The position numbers and the translations under genes were made by a program. Shown piece by piece: positions 50,022-61,465 of a stretch of 64,000 nucleotides of DNA; the first letter of the stretch is position 1; each line of letters begins with the position of its first letter. The notes below the pieces were generated by a model that saw only the letters and a list, made by a program, of their open reading frames with translations, made no database searches and had not been told where the DNA came from. The stretch lies in assembly GCA_024638655.1 (NCBI GenBank), contig JAHEJW010000005.1, positions 30,155 through 94,154 on the forward strand. Direction: 5' to 3'. The DNA comes from a bacterium. Lineage in GTDB: Bacteria > Actinomycetota > Acidimicrobiia > Spongiisociales > ZC4RG35.

Positions 50022-50555
50022 CTAGTTGGGCTTGATCTTCTGGCGCAAAGACTCGACTTTGCGTGCAATGGAGCCGTCGATGACCACGTCTCCCACCCGG
50101 GCGACGAGACCGCCGATAACGGATGGATCGACGATCACTTTGGCCTCGACGCTCTTGCCGGTGGCCCGGCCGAGTGCGGAAGTGATCTTTTCGATGGTTT
50201 CGTCGTCCAGGGCAACAGCCGAGCGGATTTCGGCCACAGCCCGGTCTCTCGAGGCCGCTGCGGTCTCTACGAATTGTCTTGCGATGGCTGGAAGGTCGGA
50301 AGCACGGCCCTGGCCCACTATGAACTGGATCAGGCCCACGGTGAGGGATGAGGCCCTCCCGCCCACAAGATCGTCGACAATCGCATGTTTTCTCTCGATG
50401 GGAAGTTGCGGGTCGGTCAGAGCAGACCGCAGCTCGGTCGAGCTCTCCATCGCCTGCGCGATGTTGAACAGCTCGCTCTCGACACGCTCCAGCTGGCCCT
50501 CGGCTCGAGCAAGCTCGAAGACTCCGCTGGCGTAACCGGTAACCCGATCTTCCAC
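50022..50555 (-). CDS. atpH: F1Fo ATP synthase subunit delta
   Basis: 177 aa, OSCP/delta family. Confidence 0.85.
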   Translation of the reverse strand: MEDRVTGYASGVFELARAEGQLERVESELFNIAQAMESSTELRSALTDPQLPIERKHAIVDDLVGGRASSLTVGLIQFIVGQGRASDLPAIARQFVETAAASRDRAVAEIRSAVALDDETIEKITSALGRATGKSVEAKVIVDPSVIGGLVARVGDVVIDGSIARKVESLRQKIKPN

Positions 50556-50558
50556 GCC

Positions 50559-51421
<863 letters not shown>

Positions 51422-51428
51422 TCATTTG

Positions 51429-52238
51429 TCAGTGCTCGGGGTGAACCGAGGTCTGGATGTACACGGCGGACAGCAAGGTGAAGATGTATGCCTGGAGGAC
51501 GGCGACCATGATCTCGAAGAGGAAGATCCCGAGGCCGAGAGCGAACCAGGCGAAACCGAAAGAGCCCTTCAGCGGGATCTCGCCGATGTTGACCACGAAG
51601 ATGAAACCGGTGACCAGGAGCAATGAGAGCATCACGTGACCGGCGACCATGTTGGCGAAGAGCCGGACAGCAAGGGAGAACGGTCGAATCGCGAAGTACG
51701 AGACGAACTCGATGATGCCGACCAGTGGGCGCATCGCCACCGGCACACTCCGGGGCCAGACGATGTCTGCCAGGTACCGGAACCCATTCTTGGCGAAGCC
51801 GACGATGACAAAGATGAGATACGTGACAATGGCCAAAAAGGCAGGAATCGCCATGCGCGAGGTGATCGGGAAGTTGATCAGCGGTGTGACCTCGAACAGA
51901 TTGCCCACCAGGATGAACAGGAAGATCGATAGCAGGTAGGGGAAGTACTTGACACCCTCGGGGCCGATGATGCCGATCGCGACTTCATCTCTGACGAACC
52001 CTGTCACCGAATCCATCATCGCCTGAAACTTGGTCGGCACAGGTTGTCGATTCCGGTACCCGAAGTAGAGCAGAGCGATGACGATTAGGGCTGCGAGGCC
52101 GATGAGGAAGATCGTTCGCGTAATGGGTGTGCCCCACAGGGTGTCGGTGAACACGAAGAGCTCGGCGACATCGCCCGGTGCACACACTGGCTCGTTCACG
52201 AAGTCACACTCTTCGACCGCGAGGATCAACGGCTCCAA
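51429..52238 (-). CDS. atpB: F1Fo ATP synthase subunit a
   Basis: Conserved R in ...FANMVAGH...; ORF-track 5' extension trimmed; TTG at 52236-52238 preceded by AAGGAA (start uncertain, alt TTG 52229). Confidence 0.8.
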   Translation of the reverse strand: MEPLILAVEECDFVNEPVCAPGDVAELFVFTDTLWGTPITRTIFLIGLAALIVIALLYFGYRNRQPVPTKFQAMMDSVTGFVRDEVAIGIIGPEGVKYFPYLLSIFLFILVGNLFEVTPLINFPITSRMAIPAFLAIVTYLIFVIVGFAKNGFRYLADIVWPRSVPVAMRPLVGIIEFVSYFAIRPFSLAVRLFANMVAGHVMLSLLLVTGFIFVVNIGEIPLKGSFGFAWFALGLGIFLFEIMVAVLQAYIFTLLSAVYIQTSVHPEH

Positions 52239-52654
52239 TCCAGATTCCTTTCTCGTCCTTTGGACACGGCAACGGCTTCCCAGGCCAGTAGTACCAGATA
52301 GGCCACCACTGCTGATATCCCGAAGGCAGGGCGGTCGATGGGCACGAACTGCGCGATCAGCAGAACCGTCAGCACCAACAAGCCCAGCCGCAGGAAGAAG
52401 CCGAACAAGGCGGCGGCATGATAAACAGCGAGACTGATCTTGGCCGAAATCGAGAGGATGGCGCCGGCCAGCAGGAAGTTGGCGACGACTACAGCGACAC
52501 CCAGCGCCGAGCTCCACGCACCCTCCCATCCGGACAGGAAAGCGAAGAGAACGATCAGGGCCGGACCGACATAGACCGCCCGCGCCACGGTGTGGCGAGC
52601 GATGACGGTCTCGACGGCGATCGTCTCTTCCTCAGTCACCATCGGTGCGCTCAT
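52226..52654 (-). CDS. ATP synthase protein I-like small membrane protein
   Basis: 142 aa, 4 TM, located between atpZ-like gene and atpB. Confidence 0.55.
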   Translation of the reverse strand: MSAPMVTEEETIAVETVIARHTVARAVYVGPALIVLFAFLSGWEGAWSSALGVAVVVANFLLAGAILSISAKISLAVYHAAALFGFFLRLGLLVLTVLLIAQFVPIDRPAFGISAVVAYLVLLAWEAVAVSKGRERNLDWSR

Positions 52655-52868
52655 CCATCTTCTTCATGTAGCCCCACATCTTCACAAACCCGGCGTAGGA
52701 GCCGAGGACGACCCCGGCGACCACGAGCCAAGGGTCGGTGCCAAGCCACTTGTCGGCGAAATAGCCGAGAAACGTCCCAGCCAGTATCGAGCTGAGGAAT
52801 GACCCGCCATGCATCCAGCCGTCGTTGATCGCAGAATGCACCTGTTTGTTTGCGGAGTCTTGTTTCAC
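52632..52868 (-). CDS. AtpZ/AtpI-family small membrane protein (first gene of atp operon)
   Basis: 78 aa; FLGYFADKWLGTDPWLVVAGVVLG typical AtpZ pattern. Confidence 0.6.
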   Translation of the reverse strand: MKQDSANKQVHSAINDGWMHGGSFLSSILAGTFLGYFADKWLGTDPWLVVAGVVLGSYAGFVKMWGYMKKMDERTDGD

Positions 52869-52883
52869 TTGGAGCCCGGTACC

Positions 52884-52901
52884 TTGTGAATTCTTTCACA
52901 A
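52884..52901. promoter_or_regulatory. perfect CRP/GlxR-type site TGTGA-attctt-TCACA within 18-bp palindrome TTGTGAATTCTTTCACAA, in AT-rich promoter region upstream of atp operon
   Basis: Exact match to TGTGA-N6-TCACA consensus; located 16-33 nt upstream of the atpZ-like start. Confidence 0.45.
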
Positions 52902-52970
52902 AGTCTAATCGACTAGGAAAACCCTGGGCAAATCGAACCTAGCAACAAAAACAGAAAAGCGCGAAAAGGG

Positions 52971-53333
52971 TCAGATCGACTCGGGCTTGTCGATGACGCA
53001 GAACCGGTTCCCCTCAGGGTCCTCGAGGATGACATAATCGGCGTCTTCCGGCAGCCCGTCCCAATGCACCTCGGTGGCCCCAAGTTCGATCAGGCGAACC
53101 ACTTCCGCCGGTTGATCGTCGGCGTAGAGATCGAGATGGATGCGCGGGGGCAGGTGCACCTCGGAGTAGAGCCGGTCGAGAGAGATGTTCGGCCCGCGAC
53201 CCTCCTTCGGCTCGAGGATCATGAAGTCCTCACTGGACCCTGGCCGGCGCAAATAGTCGAGCGCAGCCTCCCAGAAGCGAGCCTGGCTCTCGAGATCATC
53301 GACGCGCAACACAATCGAGCCGACCCTGATCAT
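52971..53333 (-). CDS. VOC/glyoxalase-family protein
   Basis: 121 aa from ATG 53331-53333 (MIRVGSIVLRVDDLE...); ORF-track GTG 53399 alternative. Confidence 0.6.
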   Translation of the reverse strand: MIRVGSIVLRVDDLESQARFWEAALDYLRRPGSSEDFMILEPKEGRGPNISLDRLYSEVHLPPRIHLDLYADDQPAEVVRLIELGATEVHWDGLPEDADYVILEDPEGNRFCVIDKPESI

Positions 53334-53581
53334 GAGTTCAAGATACCAATCCGCCCGTACGGCTTCAGCCGGCTTCGACGACAATGGAGACGTGAACACT
53401 CAAGGTATCGAGAAGCCGGAATCGACTACTGAGGTCGCGGCCGGCGTACGACCACACACTGAATAACCACGGTTGGAGACACCGTCGCTCCAAGGAACGT
53501 GACATGTGGAACAGTCCCCTAGGGCATACATATGTGACGGAGAAGCCGCTCTAGAGAGACTCGCGGCCCGCGGAGCTCGTT

Positions 53582-54853
53582 CTAAACGTGACCTGCGAAG
53601 TCGCTGGGATAGGGCGTGTACTTCGACGCCAATTCCGAGACCCGCGCCGAGACCTGCATCAGCGCGGTCTCGTCGTGCCGCTCCTGGAGGGCACGGGCTA
53701 TCAGCGATGCGACCTCGGAAGCCTGCTCTTCCTTCACGCCCTGAGTTGTCATGGCGGGAGTCCCTATGCGAAGACCGGATGCCCGAAACGGTGGGCGCGG
53801 GTCGTTGGGAATCGTGTTGAAGTTGAGCGTTACCCCTAGCCCGTCGAGCATCCCCGCAGCGTCCTTGCCGGTGAGGTCCTCATCGACCGATCTCAGATCT
53901 ATCAGGAAGAGGTGGTTGTCGGTCCCCCCCGACACCACTCGAACGCCTTCGGACTGGATCGTGTCCGCCATGGCCGTGGCGTTTGCCACCACCTGATCGG
54001 TGTACACCGAGAACTCCGGCCGCATCGCCTCGAAGAAACACACCGCCTTGGCCGCGATCTGAGACTCTATGGGCCCACCCTGTGCCGCGGGGAAGATTGC
54101 CTTGTTGATCGCCTGGCCAAAGCCCTCCTTGGCAAGGATGAGCCCGCCCCGTGGCCCACGCAGAGCCTTGTGAGTCGTCGCCGTGACGACGTCGGCGTGT
54201 GGGATCGGTGACGGGTGCGACTTGCCTGCCACCAGTCCGATGAAATGGGCGGCGTCGACCATAAAGACCGCGCCTATCTCATCCGCTATCGATCGAAAAG
54301 CCTCGTAGTCGAGCGTTCTCGAATAGGCCGAGTACCCGGCGAGAACGATCTTGGGCTGGTGCTCGATGGCGAGGCGTCTCACCTCGTCCATGTCGATCAT
54401 CTCGGTCTCCGGATCCACCCCGTATGCGACGAAGTCGTAATAGGCACCCGAGAAATTGACCGGCGATCCGTGTGTCAGGTGCCCACCCTGATCCAGACGC
54501 ATGCCGAGCACCGTGTCGCCCGGCTCCAATAGGGCGAAATAGACACCCATGTTCGCTTGAGCTCCGGAATGGGGCTGAACATTCGCCGACTCGGCCCCGA
54601 ACAGCTCTTTGGCCCGATCGATGGCCAGTTGCTCCATCTCGTCGACCACCTGACAGCCCTCGTAATAGCGGCGTCCCGGATAGCCCTCGGCGTACTTGTT
54701 GGTGAACACGGACCCGGAGGCCGCCATCACCGCAGGGGAGGCGAAGTTCTCACTGGCGATCAGGTGGATGTGGGTGTTTTGACGCTCGAGGTCCTTGCGG
54801 ATCAGCCCGGCAATCGTCGGGTCGACCTGTCCTATCGGGTCCATGGAGATCAT
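53582..54853 (-). CDS. glyA: serine hydroxymethyltransferase
   Basis: PLP site ...[16 protein letters not shown]...; ORF-track 5' extension trimmed ([12 protein letters not shown]...). Confidence 0.93.
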   Translation of the reverse strand: MISMDPIGQVDPTIAGLIRKDLERQNTHIHLIASENFASPAVMAASGSVFTNKYAEGYPGRRYYEGCQVVDEMEQLAIDRAKELFGAESANVQPHSGAQANMGVYFALLEPGDTVLGMRLDQGGHLTHGSPVNFSGAYYDFVAYGVDPETEMIDMDEVRRLAIEHQPKIVLAGYSAYSRTLDYEAFRSIADEIGAVFMVDAAHFIGLVAGKSHPSPIPHADVVTATTHKALRGPRGGLILAKEGFGQAINKAIFPAAQGGPIESQIAAKAVCFFEAMRPEFSVYTDQVVANATAMADTIQSEGVRVVSGGTDNHLFLIDLRSVDEDLTGKDAAGMLDGLGVTLNFNTIPNDPRPPFRASGLRIGTPAMTTQGVKEEQASEVASLIARALQERHDETALMQVSARVSELASKYTPYPSDFAGHV

Positions 54854-54888
54854 GAGTCGCAGGGTAACCGCTGACCCCTTTGCCGTTG

Positions 54889-55461
54889 CTAGCCGATCGG
54901 TACCGGCCCCTCCCTCAGGACAACGGATCTGCCATCGCTCACATCCACCACCGTCGACGCCTCCCCACCTGGACACGCGCCGGGGAGGTACACGGCAACG
55001 CGATCTCCGAACAGCGCCCGAGCCTCAACATCACTCATCACCTCCGGAGCGCCGGACAGGTTGGCTGACGTGACCGATAGCGGGCCGGTCTGTTCGAGCA
55101 GGGATCTTGTTATGGGATGGTCCGGGACTCTGATGCCCACCGTTCGGCGCTGCTCGTCCCCCACCCAGTCGGATAGGACGACCTTCGGCCGCACAATGAG
55201 GGTCAAGGCTCCCGGCCAATGCCGTTGGGCGAGATCCGCGGCCACTCCCGTGATCTCAGACACACCAGCGGCCTGCTCGAAGCTGGCAGCCAGGAGGCCA
55301 ACGGGTTTGTGCGATGGGCGGCCCTTCAACTCGAACAGTGCCAGGACCGCATCGATATTCGTCGGGTCCACACCGACGCCATACACGGTGTCGGTCGGGA
55401 CCCCAACGATGAGCCCATTGCCGACCGCCTCGACGGCCCGGGCCAAATCGTCCTGGGTCAC
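54889..55461 (-). CDS. tsaC: L-threonylcarbamoyladenylate synthase (YrdC/Sua5 domain)
   Basis: 190 aa; [20 protein letters not shown] YrdC motifs; 4-nt overlap with prmC. Confidence 0.85.
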   Translation of the reverse strand: MTQDDLARAVEAVGNGLIVGVPTDTVYGVGVDPTNIDAVLALFELKGRPSHKPVGLLAASFEQAAGVSEITGVAADLAQRHWPGALTLIVRPKVVLSDWVGDEQRRTVGIRVPDHPITRSLLEQTGPLSVTSANLSGAPEVMSDVEARALFGDRVAVYLPGACPGGEASTVVDVSDGRSVVLREGPVPIG

Positions 55462-56186
55462 GGCTTCACGGCGACCACGTATCGGTCACGCCCGGACAGG
55501 TCCTGGCGTACCACGGCCGGGAGATCGACGAAGCTGGTCGTTGCCGACACTCCTTGGGTCTCACCGATCTCGCAGATGACCACTCCCCCTGGTCGCAACC
55601 AGCGTGTTGCCGACGCCCCGATTCGCTGGATGTGCTCCAGCCCGGTTGGGCCAGCCAGCAGTGCGACCTCCGGCTCCCTCCTGACATCTTCGGGAAGGTC
55701 AGCGAAATCGCCCTTGGGCACATATGGCGGATTGGCCACGAGCAGATCGACCTGACCGAGGATCGACGCAGGGAGAGGGTCGAAGAGATCGCCCAAAGCG
55801 AAGTAGACATCGAGACCTGTGCTCAGTCGGTTCTCCAAGGCGACCTCGATGGCTTCCTCCGAGATGTCGGTGGCGAAGACGGTTGCTCCAGGAAAGGCAT
55901 GCTTCAAAGCGAGAGCGAGCGCCCCGGAACCGGTACATAGATCCACCACGATCTCGGGGTTTCGGACCATCTTCACCGCCATCTCATACAGGCCCTCGGT
56001 TTCAGGGCGTGGAACGAGAACCCTCTGGTCGACGCGGACTTCGATGGGGCCGAACGGCGCGGAACCCTCGATGTACTGCAGCGGCTCGCCGGCGAGACGA
56101 CGCGAGACGAGATCATCGAGCGAGACGCCATCGGAGGCGGCAGCCGCCTCGAGGCGCCTCATCTCATGGGCGGGCAGTTCCTCCAT
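55458..56186 (-). CDS. prmC: release factor glutamine N5-methyltransferase
   Basis: NPPY motif (LVANPPYVP), SAM-binding DLCTGSGA. Confidence 0.9.
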   Translation of the reverse strand: MEELPAHEMRRLEAAAASDGVSLDDLVSRRLAGEPLQYIEGSAPFGPIEVRVDQRVLVPRPETEGLYEMAVKMVRNPEIVVDLCTGSGALALALKHAFPGATVFATDISEEAIEVALENRLSTGLDVYFALGDLFDPLPASILGQVDLLVANPPYVPKGDFADLPEDVRREPEVALLAGPTGLEHIQRIGASATRWLRPGGVVICEIGETQGVSATTSFVDLPAVVRQDLSGRDRYVVAVKP

Positions 56187-56254
56187 CGGTCATTGGAGTC
56201 TGCCAGGATCTGTCGGCTGTGGTGGCGATCAGACGCCGCACACCCTGCACTCAG

Positions 56255-57313
56255 TCAGGCGCCTTCGGCCAGCATGCGGGCGCGCTCCTCGGCGTACAGG
56301 GCCCCGATCAGCTCATCGAGGTCGCCTTCCAAGACATGTTCGAGCCTTTTGATCGTCATGCCGATGCGGTGATCGGTCACCCTGTTGTCCTTGTAGTTGT
56401 AGGTCCTGATCTTCTCGGATCGACCACCGGTGCCCACCTGGGCCAGCCGCTCCCCGGCCAGTTCGGCGGCCTGACGTTCCTGCTCGGCCTGGAGGAGGCG
56501 GGATCGCAGGATTCGAAACGCCTTCTCCTTGTTCTGCAGCTGGCTCTTCTCGTCCTGAACCGACACCACCAGGCCGGTCGGCTCATGGGTGAGACGAACC
56601 GCCGAGTCGGTCGTATTCACCGACTGCCCACCGGGCCCGGTAGATCGGTAGACGTCGATCCGCACATCGTTGGGATCGATCTCGAGGTCCACTTCCTCGG
56701 CCTCGGGGAGCACGGCGACAGTCGCAGTCGAGGTGTGGACACGCCCTTGTGACTCCGTCTTCGGCACTCTCTGGACTCGATGGACTCCGCCTTCATACTT
56801 GAGGTGGGAGTAGGCGCCCTTCCCCTTGACCGCCACCGTCACCTTGTCATAACCCCCTGCCTCCGACGGCGACGTGTCCATGGGCTCGATCTTGAAGCCG
56901 TGGCGGTCCGCGTACTTCTCGTACATCCGGAGGAGGTCTCCCGCCCAGATCGAGGCTTCGTCGCCGCCGGCCGCCGAACGAATCTCGAGGATCACGTCCT
57001 TCTCGTCGTTGGGATCCGTCGGAACCAGAGCGAGCTTGATGTGCTCTTCGAGCTCGGCGATCTCCGCCTCCAGCTCTCCCGCCATCGTCGCCATGTCGGG
57101 ATCGTCTGACATCTCTCTCGCCTCTCCCAGGTCGATCGACGCCTGCCGCAGCCTCCGGATGTCGGCAACGACGTCCTTCCAATCGGAGTGCTTCTTGCCG
57201 AGCTCGGCCAATCGGGCCGGATCAGAGATCACTTCCGGGTCGCCGAGCTGAGCCTCCGTTTCGACGAAGGCAGCCTCTATCTCGGCCAGACGATCGCTGA
57301 AAGCGGGATCCAT
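56255..57313 (-). CDS. prfA: peptide chain release factor 1
   Basis: GGQ motif (STGPGGQSVNTTDSAVRLTH), PxT-type decoding region; 352 aa. Confidence 0.95.
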   Translation of the reverse strand: MDPAFSDRLAEIEAAFVETEAQLGDPEVISDPARLAELGKKHSDWKDVVADIRRLRQASIDLGEAREMSDDPDMATMAGELEAEIAELEEHIKLALVPTDPNDEKDVILEIRSAAGGDEASIWAGDLLRMYEKYADRHGFKIEPMDTSPSEAGGYDKVTVAVKGKGAYSHLKYEGGVHRVQRVPKTESQGRVHTSTATVAVLPEAEEVDLEIDPNDVRIDVYRSTGPGGQSVNTTDSAVRLTHEPTGLVVSVQDEKSQLQNKEKAFRILRSRLLQAEQERQAAELAGERLAQVGTGGRSEKIRTYNYKDNRVTDHRIGMTIKRLEHVLEGDLDELIGALYAEERARMLAEGA

Positions 57314-58359
57314 CAGGCCTCCTGTCCGAGAACGGCCCTTCTGGCCTGGATGGCCGTGTCCGGCACCCCACCTCGGTGGAGGACTTCTTCGACTCTCTCC
57401 TCGTCCAAAGCGACCACGAGGCTCGATATTGCCACTTCGATCTGGCTTTGATCAGGAACCGCCGTGGTCAGCTTCTGCAGCCAGATCCCCGGAGCGGCGA
57501 GGATCCGGGCGAAACGACCTCCCGGACGGGTGCCCGACCACCGGAGCAGCTCGTAGGCAAGACCGGCGATGAGTGGGATACCGAGCAGGCGGGATACAAC
57601 CAGAAAGACGATTCCCGGCACACCAAAGAAGGTGAATACGACGATCGATCCGAGGACAACGATGAGCAGGAAGCTGGTCCCACAGCGTGGATGCTCGGGT
57701 CGATATCTGGCCACGGACTCGACGCTGAGGGGCTCGCCGGCCTCATAGGCGTGGATCGACATGTGCTCCGCACCGTGGTATTCGAAGACACGGGCGATTT
57801 CTTTAGACCTTCCAATTGCCCATACGTACCCGACGAACAGCACCAACCGGATCAAACCCTCGGTGACATTGAAGATGATGCCCGACTCCGAGGACACCGC
57901 CCCCGCAGCGAGTGCCGGCAGGATGATGAAGATCCCCGCGAAGAAGACGAACGCAAGGGTCATCGTCCAACCGATCTGTGCACCGGTGAGCGGCTCTTCC
58001 TCCTCGTCGGTTGCCTTCTGAGCGGACCAAGACAATGCCCTGAAGCCGAGACTGAGCGATTCGACGAGAACGAATATGCCTCTTATGAAAGGGACCTTCG
58101 CCCATCGGTTTCTCTCGGACAGTCGGGTCAGTTCGTCACGTCGGGCGATGATCTCGCCATCGGGCTTTCTGACCGCAACCGACCAGGCCGTCGGGGCGCG
58201 CATCATGACGCCCTCTAGAACTGCTTGACCCCCAACGGTGTTAGCCGGATCGACACGTCCCTCCCTTTCGGGAAGGGCTCTCTCACTCTGAGTCAGCGGC
58301 CTCTGCCTCTGCATCCTCGGGGGCAGTGTCACCGGCCTTGGTGAAGGTGCTCTTGCCAT
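57313..58359 (-). CDS. DUF1385-family membrane-associated protein
   Basis: [16 protein letters not shown]1385 N-terminal signature, HxxEH motif ([10 protein letters not shown]); start uncertain (ATG 58359 or 58314, both overlapping rpmE 3' end). Confidence 0.65.
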   Translation of the reverse strand: MARAPSPRPVTLPPRMQRQRPLTQSERALPEREGRVDPANTVGGQAVLEGVMMRAPTAWSVAVRKPDGEIIARRDELTRLSERNRWAKVPFIRGIFVLVESLSLGFRALSWSAQKATDEEEEPLTGAQIGWTMTLAFVFFAGIFIILPALAAGAVSSESGIIFNVTEGLIRLVLFVGYVWAIGRSKEIARVFEYHGAEHMSIHAYEAGEPLSVESVARYRPEHPRCGTSFLLIVVLGSIVVFTFFGVPGIVFLVVSRLLGIPLIAGLAYELLRWSGTRPGGRFARILAAPGIWLQKLTTAVPDQSQIEVAISSLVVALDEERVEEVLHRGGVPDTAIQARRAVLGQEA

Positions 58360-58549
58360 AGCGCTTCTGGAATCGCTCGACCCGGCCGCCGCTGTCGACC
58401 AGCTTCTGCTTTCCGGTGAAGAAGGGATGACATTCGTTGCACAGCTCGATGCTCATGTCACCCGGCTTGGTGCTGCGGGTCACGAAGGTGTTGCCACACG
58501 AGCAGGTGACCGTCGTGCCGTCGTAGGTGGGATGTATGTCCGACTTCAC
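58283..58549 (-). CDS. rpmE: 50S ribosomal protein L31 (type A, Cys-containing)
   Basis: CSCGN...CNECHPF zinc ribbon; acidic C-terminal tail. Confidence 0.9.
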   Translation of the reverse strand: MKSDIHPTYDGTTVTCSCGNTFVTRSTKPGDMSIELCNECHPFFTGKQKLVDSGGRVERFQKRYGKSTFTKAGDTAPEDAEAEAADSE

Positions 58550-58565
58550 ATTCTCTCCTGGTGTC

Positions 58566-60059
58566 TCAGCCGCTGGACTTCGCCACTTCGGCGAGGAACT
58601 CGGCGTTCGATTTGGTGGTCTTCAGCCGATCGATGAGCAATTCGATGGCGGCTCCCGGCTCGAGCGCCAACAGCACCCGACGGAGCTTCCAGACCTGAGT
58701 GAGCTCGGTCTTGTCAAACAGGAGCTCCTCTTTTCTTGTTCCCGACATCTCGATGTTGACCGCCGGATAGATGCGTTTGTCGGCCAGCTTGCGATCGAGG
58801 TGCAACTCCATGTTGCCGGTGCCTTTGAACTCTTCGTAAATGACTTCGTCCATCTTCGAGCCGGTCTCGACGAGGGCGGTGCCGAGGATCGTCAGCGATC
58901 CGCCTTCTTCGATGTTCCTCGCCGCACCGTAGAAACGCTTGGGCGGGTACAGGGCCTGCGAGTCGACACCACCGGAGAGGATCCGGCCCGATGCCGGGGT
59001 GGCCAGGTTGTGGGCACGCGCCAGCCTGGTGATCGAGTCGAGGACGATGACAACATCGGTTCCCATCTCTACGAGGCGCTTGGCCCGCTCGATGGCCAAC
59101 TCGGAGACCTGGGTGTGCTCTTCGGCAGGACGATCGAAGGTCGAATAGATCACCTCGCCCTTGACGGTCCGCTGCATGTCGGTCACCTCTTCGGGCCGCT
59201 CATCCACGAGCACCACCATCAGATAGCACTCGGGGTTGTTGGCCGTGATCGACTGGGCGATCTCCTGAAGCACGGTGGTCTTGCCGGCTTTTGGCGGCGA
59301 AACGATCAGACCTCGCTGACCCTTCCCAATCGGGGCGATCAGATCGACGATCCGGGTCAGGATGTTGTTCGACTTGCCTTCGACCTCGAGCCTGAGCCGC
59401 TGGTCCGGGAATAGAGGCGTCAGTTTCTCGAACTTGGGACGGTCCATCGCCTCGTCGGGCTCGAGACCGTTGACCTTCTCGATCCTGACCGCTGCGGGAA
59501 ACTTCTCTTTTGAGCGGGGTGGTCGGATGGGACCGGAGACGATGTCGCCTTTGCGAAGGCGGAACTTGCGGATCTGGTTCGCCGAGACGTAGACGTCCTT
59601 CTCACCGGAGGTGTAGCCGGTGACCCTCAGGAACCCGTAGCCCTCGGGGAGTATGTCGAGGAGGCCCTCGCGAACCTCGAGGTCCCCATCTTGGACATCG
59701 TCGTCGTCGCGGCGCCGGCTCCTCTTCCGATTCCGTTGGCCACCACCCTGGTTGCCGTCACCATCATCTTCGGAGCTCTTTTGCCCTGATTCCGATTTGG
59801 GTTGGCTTTCGCCACTGCGGTCGGATTTGTCCTGACGCGGGGTTGCCTTGGGCAAGTCGACCGTCTCGGTGGGCTTGGCCTCGGTGATCTCCACCTCGTC
59901 GGCGTTCATCAGAGCGGAGATCAGCTTGGACTTCTGCAGCCCGTCGGCCTCGACGCCCGCTGCCTCGGCGATCTCTCTGAGTTCATCTATGGACTTGCTC
60001 TGGAGTTGAGCTCGTGTGGTCATTGGATCCTTCTGAGTCGTCCCTCGATGGGGTTCCAA
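58566..60059 (-). CDS. rho: transcription termination factor Rho with RG-rich N-terminal insertion domain
   Basis: Walker A GPPKAGKT, Q/R loops; N-terminal [20 protein letters not shown] insertion. Confidence 0.95.
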   Translation of the reverse strand: MEPHRGTTQKDPMTTRAQLQSKSIDELREIAEAAGVEADGLQKSKLISALMNADEVEITEAKPTETVDLPKATPRQDKSDRSGESQPKSESGQKSSEDDGDGNQGGGQRNRKRSRRRDDDDVQDGDLEVREGLLDILPEGYGFLRVTGYTSGEKDVYVSANQIRKFRLRKGDIVSGPIRPPRSKEKFPAAVRIEKVNGLEPDEAMDRPKFEKLTPLFPDQRLRLEVEGKSNNILTRIVDLIAPIGKGQRGLIVSPPKAGKTTVLQEIAQSITANNPECYLMVVLVDERPEEVTDMQRTVKGEVIYSTFDRPAEEHTQVSELAIERAKRLVEMGTDVVIVLDSITRLARAHNLATPASGRILSGGVDSQALYPPKRFYGAARNIEEGGSLTILGTALVETGSKMDEVIYEEFKGTGNMELHLDRKLADKRIYPAVNIEMSGTRKEELLFDKTELTQVWKLRRVLLALEPGAAIELLIDRLKTTKSNAEFLAEVAKSSG

Positions 60060-60204
60060 TCGGATCGGGATAGCCGCAAAGCACGCAGATAAGGGATGGC
60101 CTTAATGGGCTCTGCGAGTGGAACTGCTGCCTGTCCCGTGGCTGGCAGCTTCCGACATGGTAGCCGGTCCCACAACCTGCGCAAAGCACGGGCTCCGAAC
60201 TTGT

Positions 60205-61419
60205 CTATCGGATCAACTCTTCGAGTGCTGAAGCATCGTTGTCGATCGTCACCATCCGCTCCTCGAGCTCGTCGATGTGGGCCAGTCGCTCGGGCGGCGT
60301 GGGTCGCCTGCCCACGGCCTCGGCGACCGCCTCGGCGAACTTGGCTGGGTGGGCCGTAGCCACGACCAGCAAGGGGACGTCCCCTGCGGGAGATCCGGCC
60401 GCTTTCCACGCAGTCGCCGTGTGCGGGTCGAGGACATACTCGTGATCGGCATGAACGGAGGTAATCGTCTCGACGATCTCCTCGTCGCTGGACCATCCCG
60501 CGTGAAACTCGGCGCTGGGGTCGGCGGTGAACCTCTCGAGATTCGATGGCACCTGTATATCCATCGCCGGCGCGATTGTGGCCACCACCTCGGAAGGCCG
60601 CATGACTCCTTCGCCAACGAGATCGGCGAGGGCATGGTTCGCGTTGTTGGCGATGGTGATGCGTCTGATCGGAACACCCATCTTCTTTGCCGTCCAGCAC
60701 GAGTAGACGTTGCCGAAGTTCCCCGTAGGAACGGCCACATCGAACTCGCCGCCGACCTTGGCGCCGGCGTATATGTAGTAGCCCACCTGGGCGGCGATCC
60801 TCGCCCAGTTGATCGAATTGATCGCGAGCAGGCCGGGGTGGTTCGCCAACGCTTCTTTCACGAGAGCTTGACAGTCGTCGAATGTCCCACGCACGGCAAC
60901 CGCCTGGACATTCGGATCGGGGACGGTCGTCATCTGTCTACGTTGAAACTCGGACACCTTCCCCTCGGGAAACAGGATGACGATGCGTAGATTCGACGAA
61001 CCCCGGCAGGCCTCGATGGCGGCCGATCCGGTGTCCCCGCTGGTGGCACCGAGAACCGTGCCCTCGTCGACCTCCCGGGCCAGCAGCCTTCCGAGCACCT
61101 GGAGAGCGTGGTCCTTGAAGGACAGGGTCGGGCCCCAGAACAGCTCCATCACCAGCCGGCCTCCCACCTCGACGATGGGAGCGACGTCGGACTTGTCGAA
61201 ACGTGAAGCTGCCCCGTCGACAACATCCCGTGCGTCTTCGGCGCCGAACATGTCGAGCGACGCTGCGACCGCCGCTGGGTAATCCCACTCCTCCCAACCT
61301 GCGGGAAGGACGGGGGTTGTCTCCGGGACGAATAGCCCACCGTCTGGCGCAAGACCGATCAACATCGCCTCTCTGAAGCTCGATACCTGCGACTCGCCAC
61401 GCGTGGAGAAGTAGCGCAT
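60205..61419 (-). CDS. thrC: threonine synthase
   Basis: MRYFSTRGE...GLFVPE N-terminus, PLP Lys region (PTLSFKD); 404 aa. Confidence 0.93.
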   Translation of the reverse strand: MRYFSTRGESQVSSFREAMLIGLAPDGGLFVPETTPVLPAGWEEWDYPAAVAASLDMFGAEDARDVVDGAASRFDKSDVAPIVEVGGRLVMELFWGPTLSFKDHALQVLGRLLAREVDEGTVLGATSGDTGSAAIEACRGSSNLRIVILFPEGKVSEFQRRQMTTVPDPNVQAVAVRGTFDDCQALVKEALANHPGLLAINSINWARIAAQVGYYIYAGAKVGGEFDVAVPTGNFGNVYSCWTAKKMGVPIRRITIANNANHALADLVGEGVMRPSEVVATIAPAMDIQVPSNLERFTADPSAEFHAGWSSDEEIVETITSVHADHEYVLDPHTATAWKAAGSPAGDVPLLVVATAHPAKFAEAVAEAVGRRPTPPERLAHIDELEERMVTIDNDASALEELIR

Positions 61420-61465
61420 GCCTACGACGCTAATTTCGGTCGCACTCGCGACCTAACCGGGCGCT

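Noticed and set aside
53582-54976. N-terminal extensions of the glyA ORF (and similar ones for atpB 51429-52529, sodN 5028-5531, SRPBCC 12390-13037, the beta-repeat protein 21317-21943, TIMP-like 25911-27521 and the sensor paralogue 40942-42108)
   Set aside because: The extensions are Arg/Gly-rich, lack homology and often overlap neighbouring genes. Internal starts reproduce canonical family N-termini and, where checked, have upstream purine-rich RBS-like sequences.
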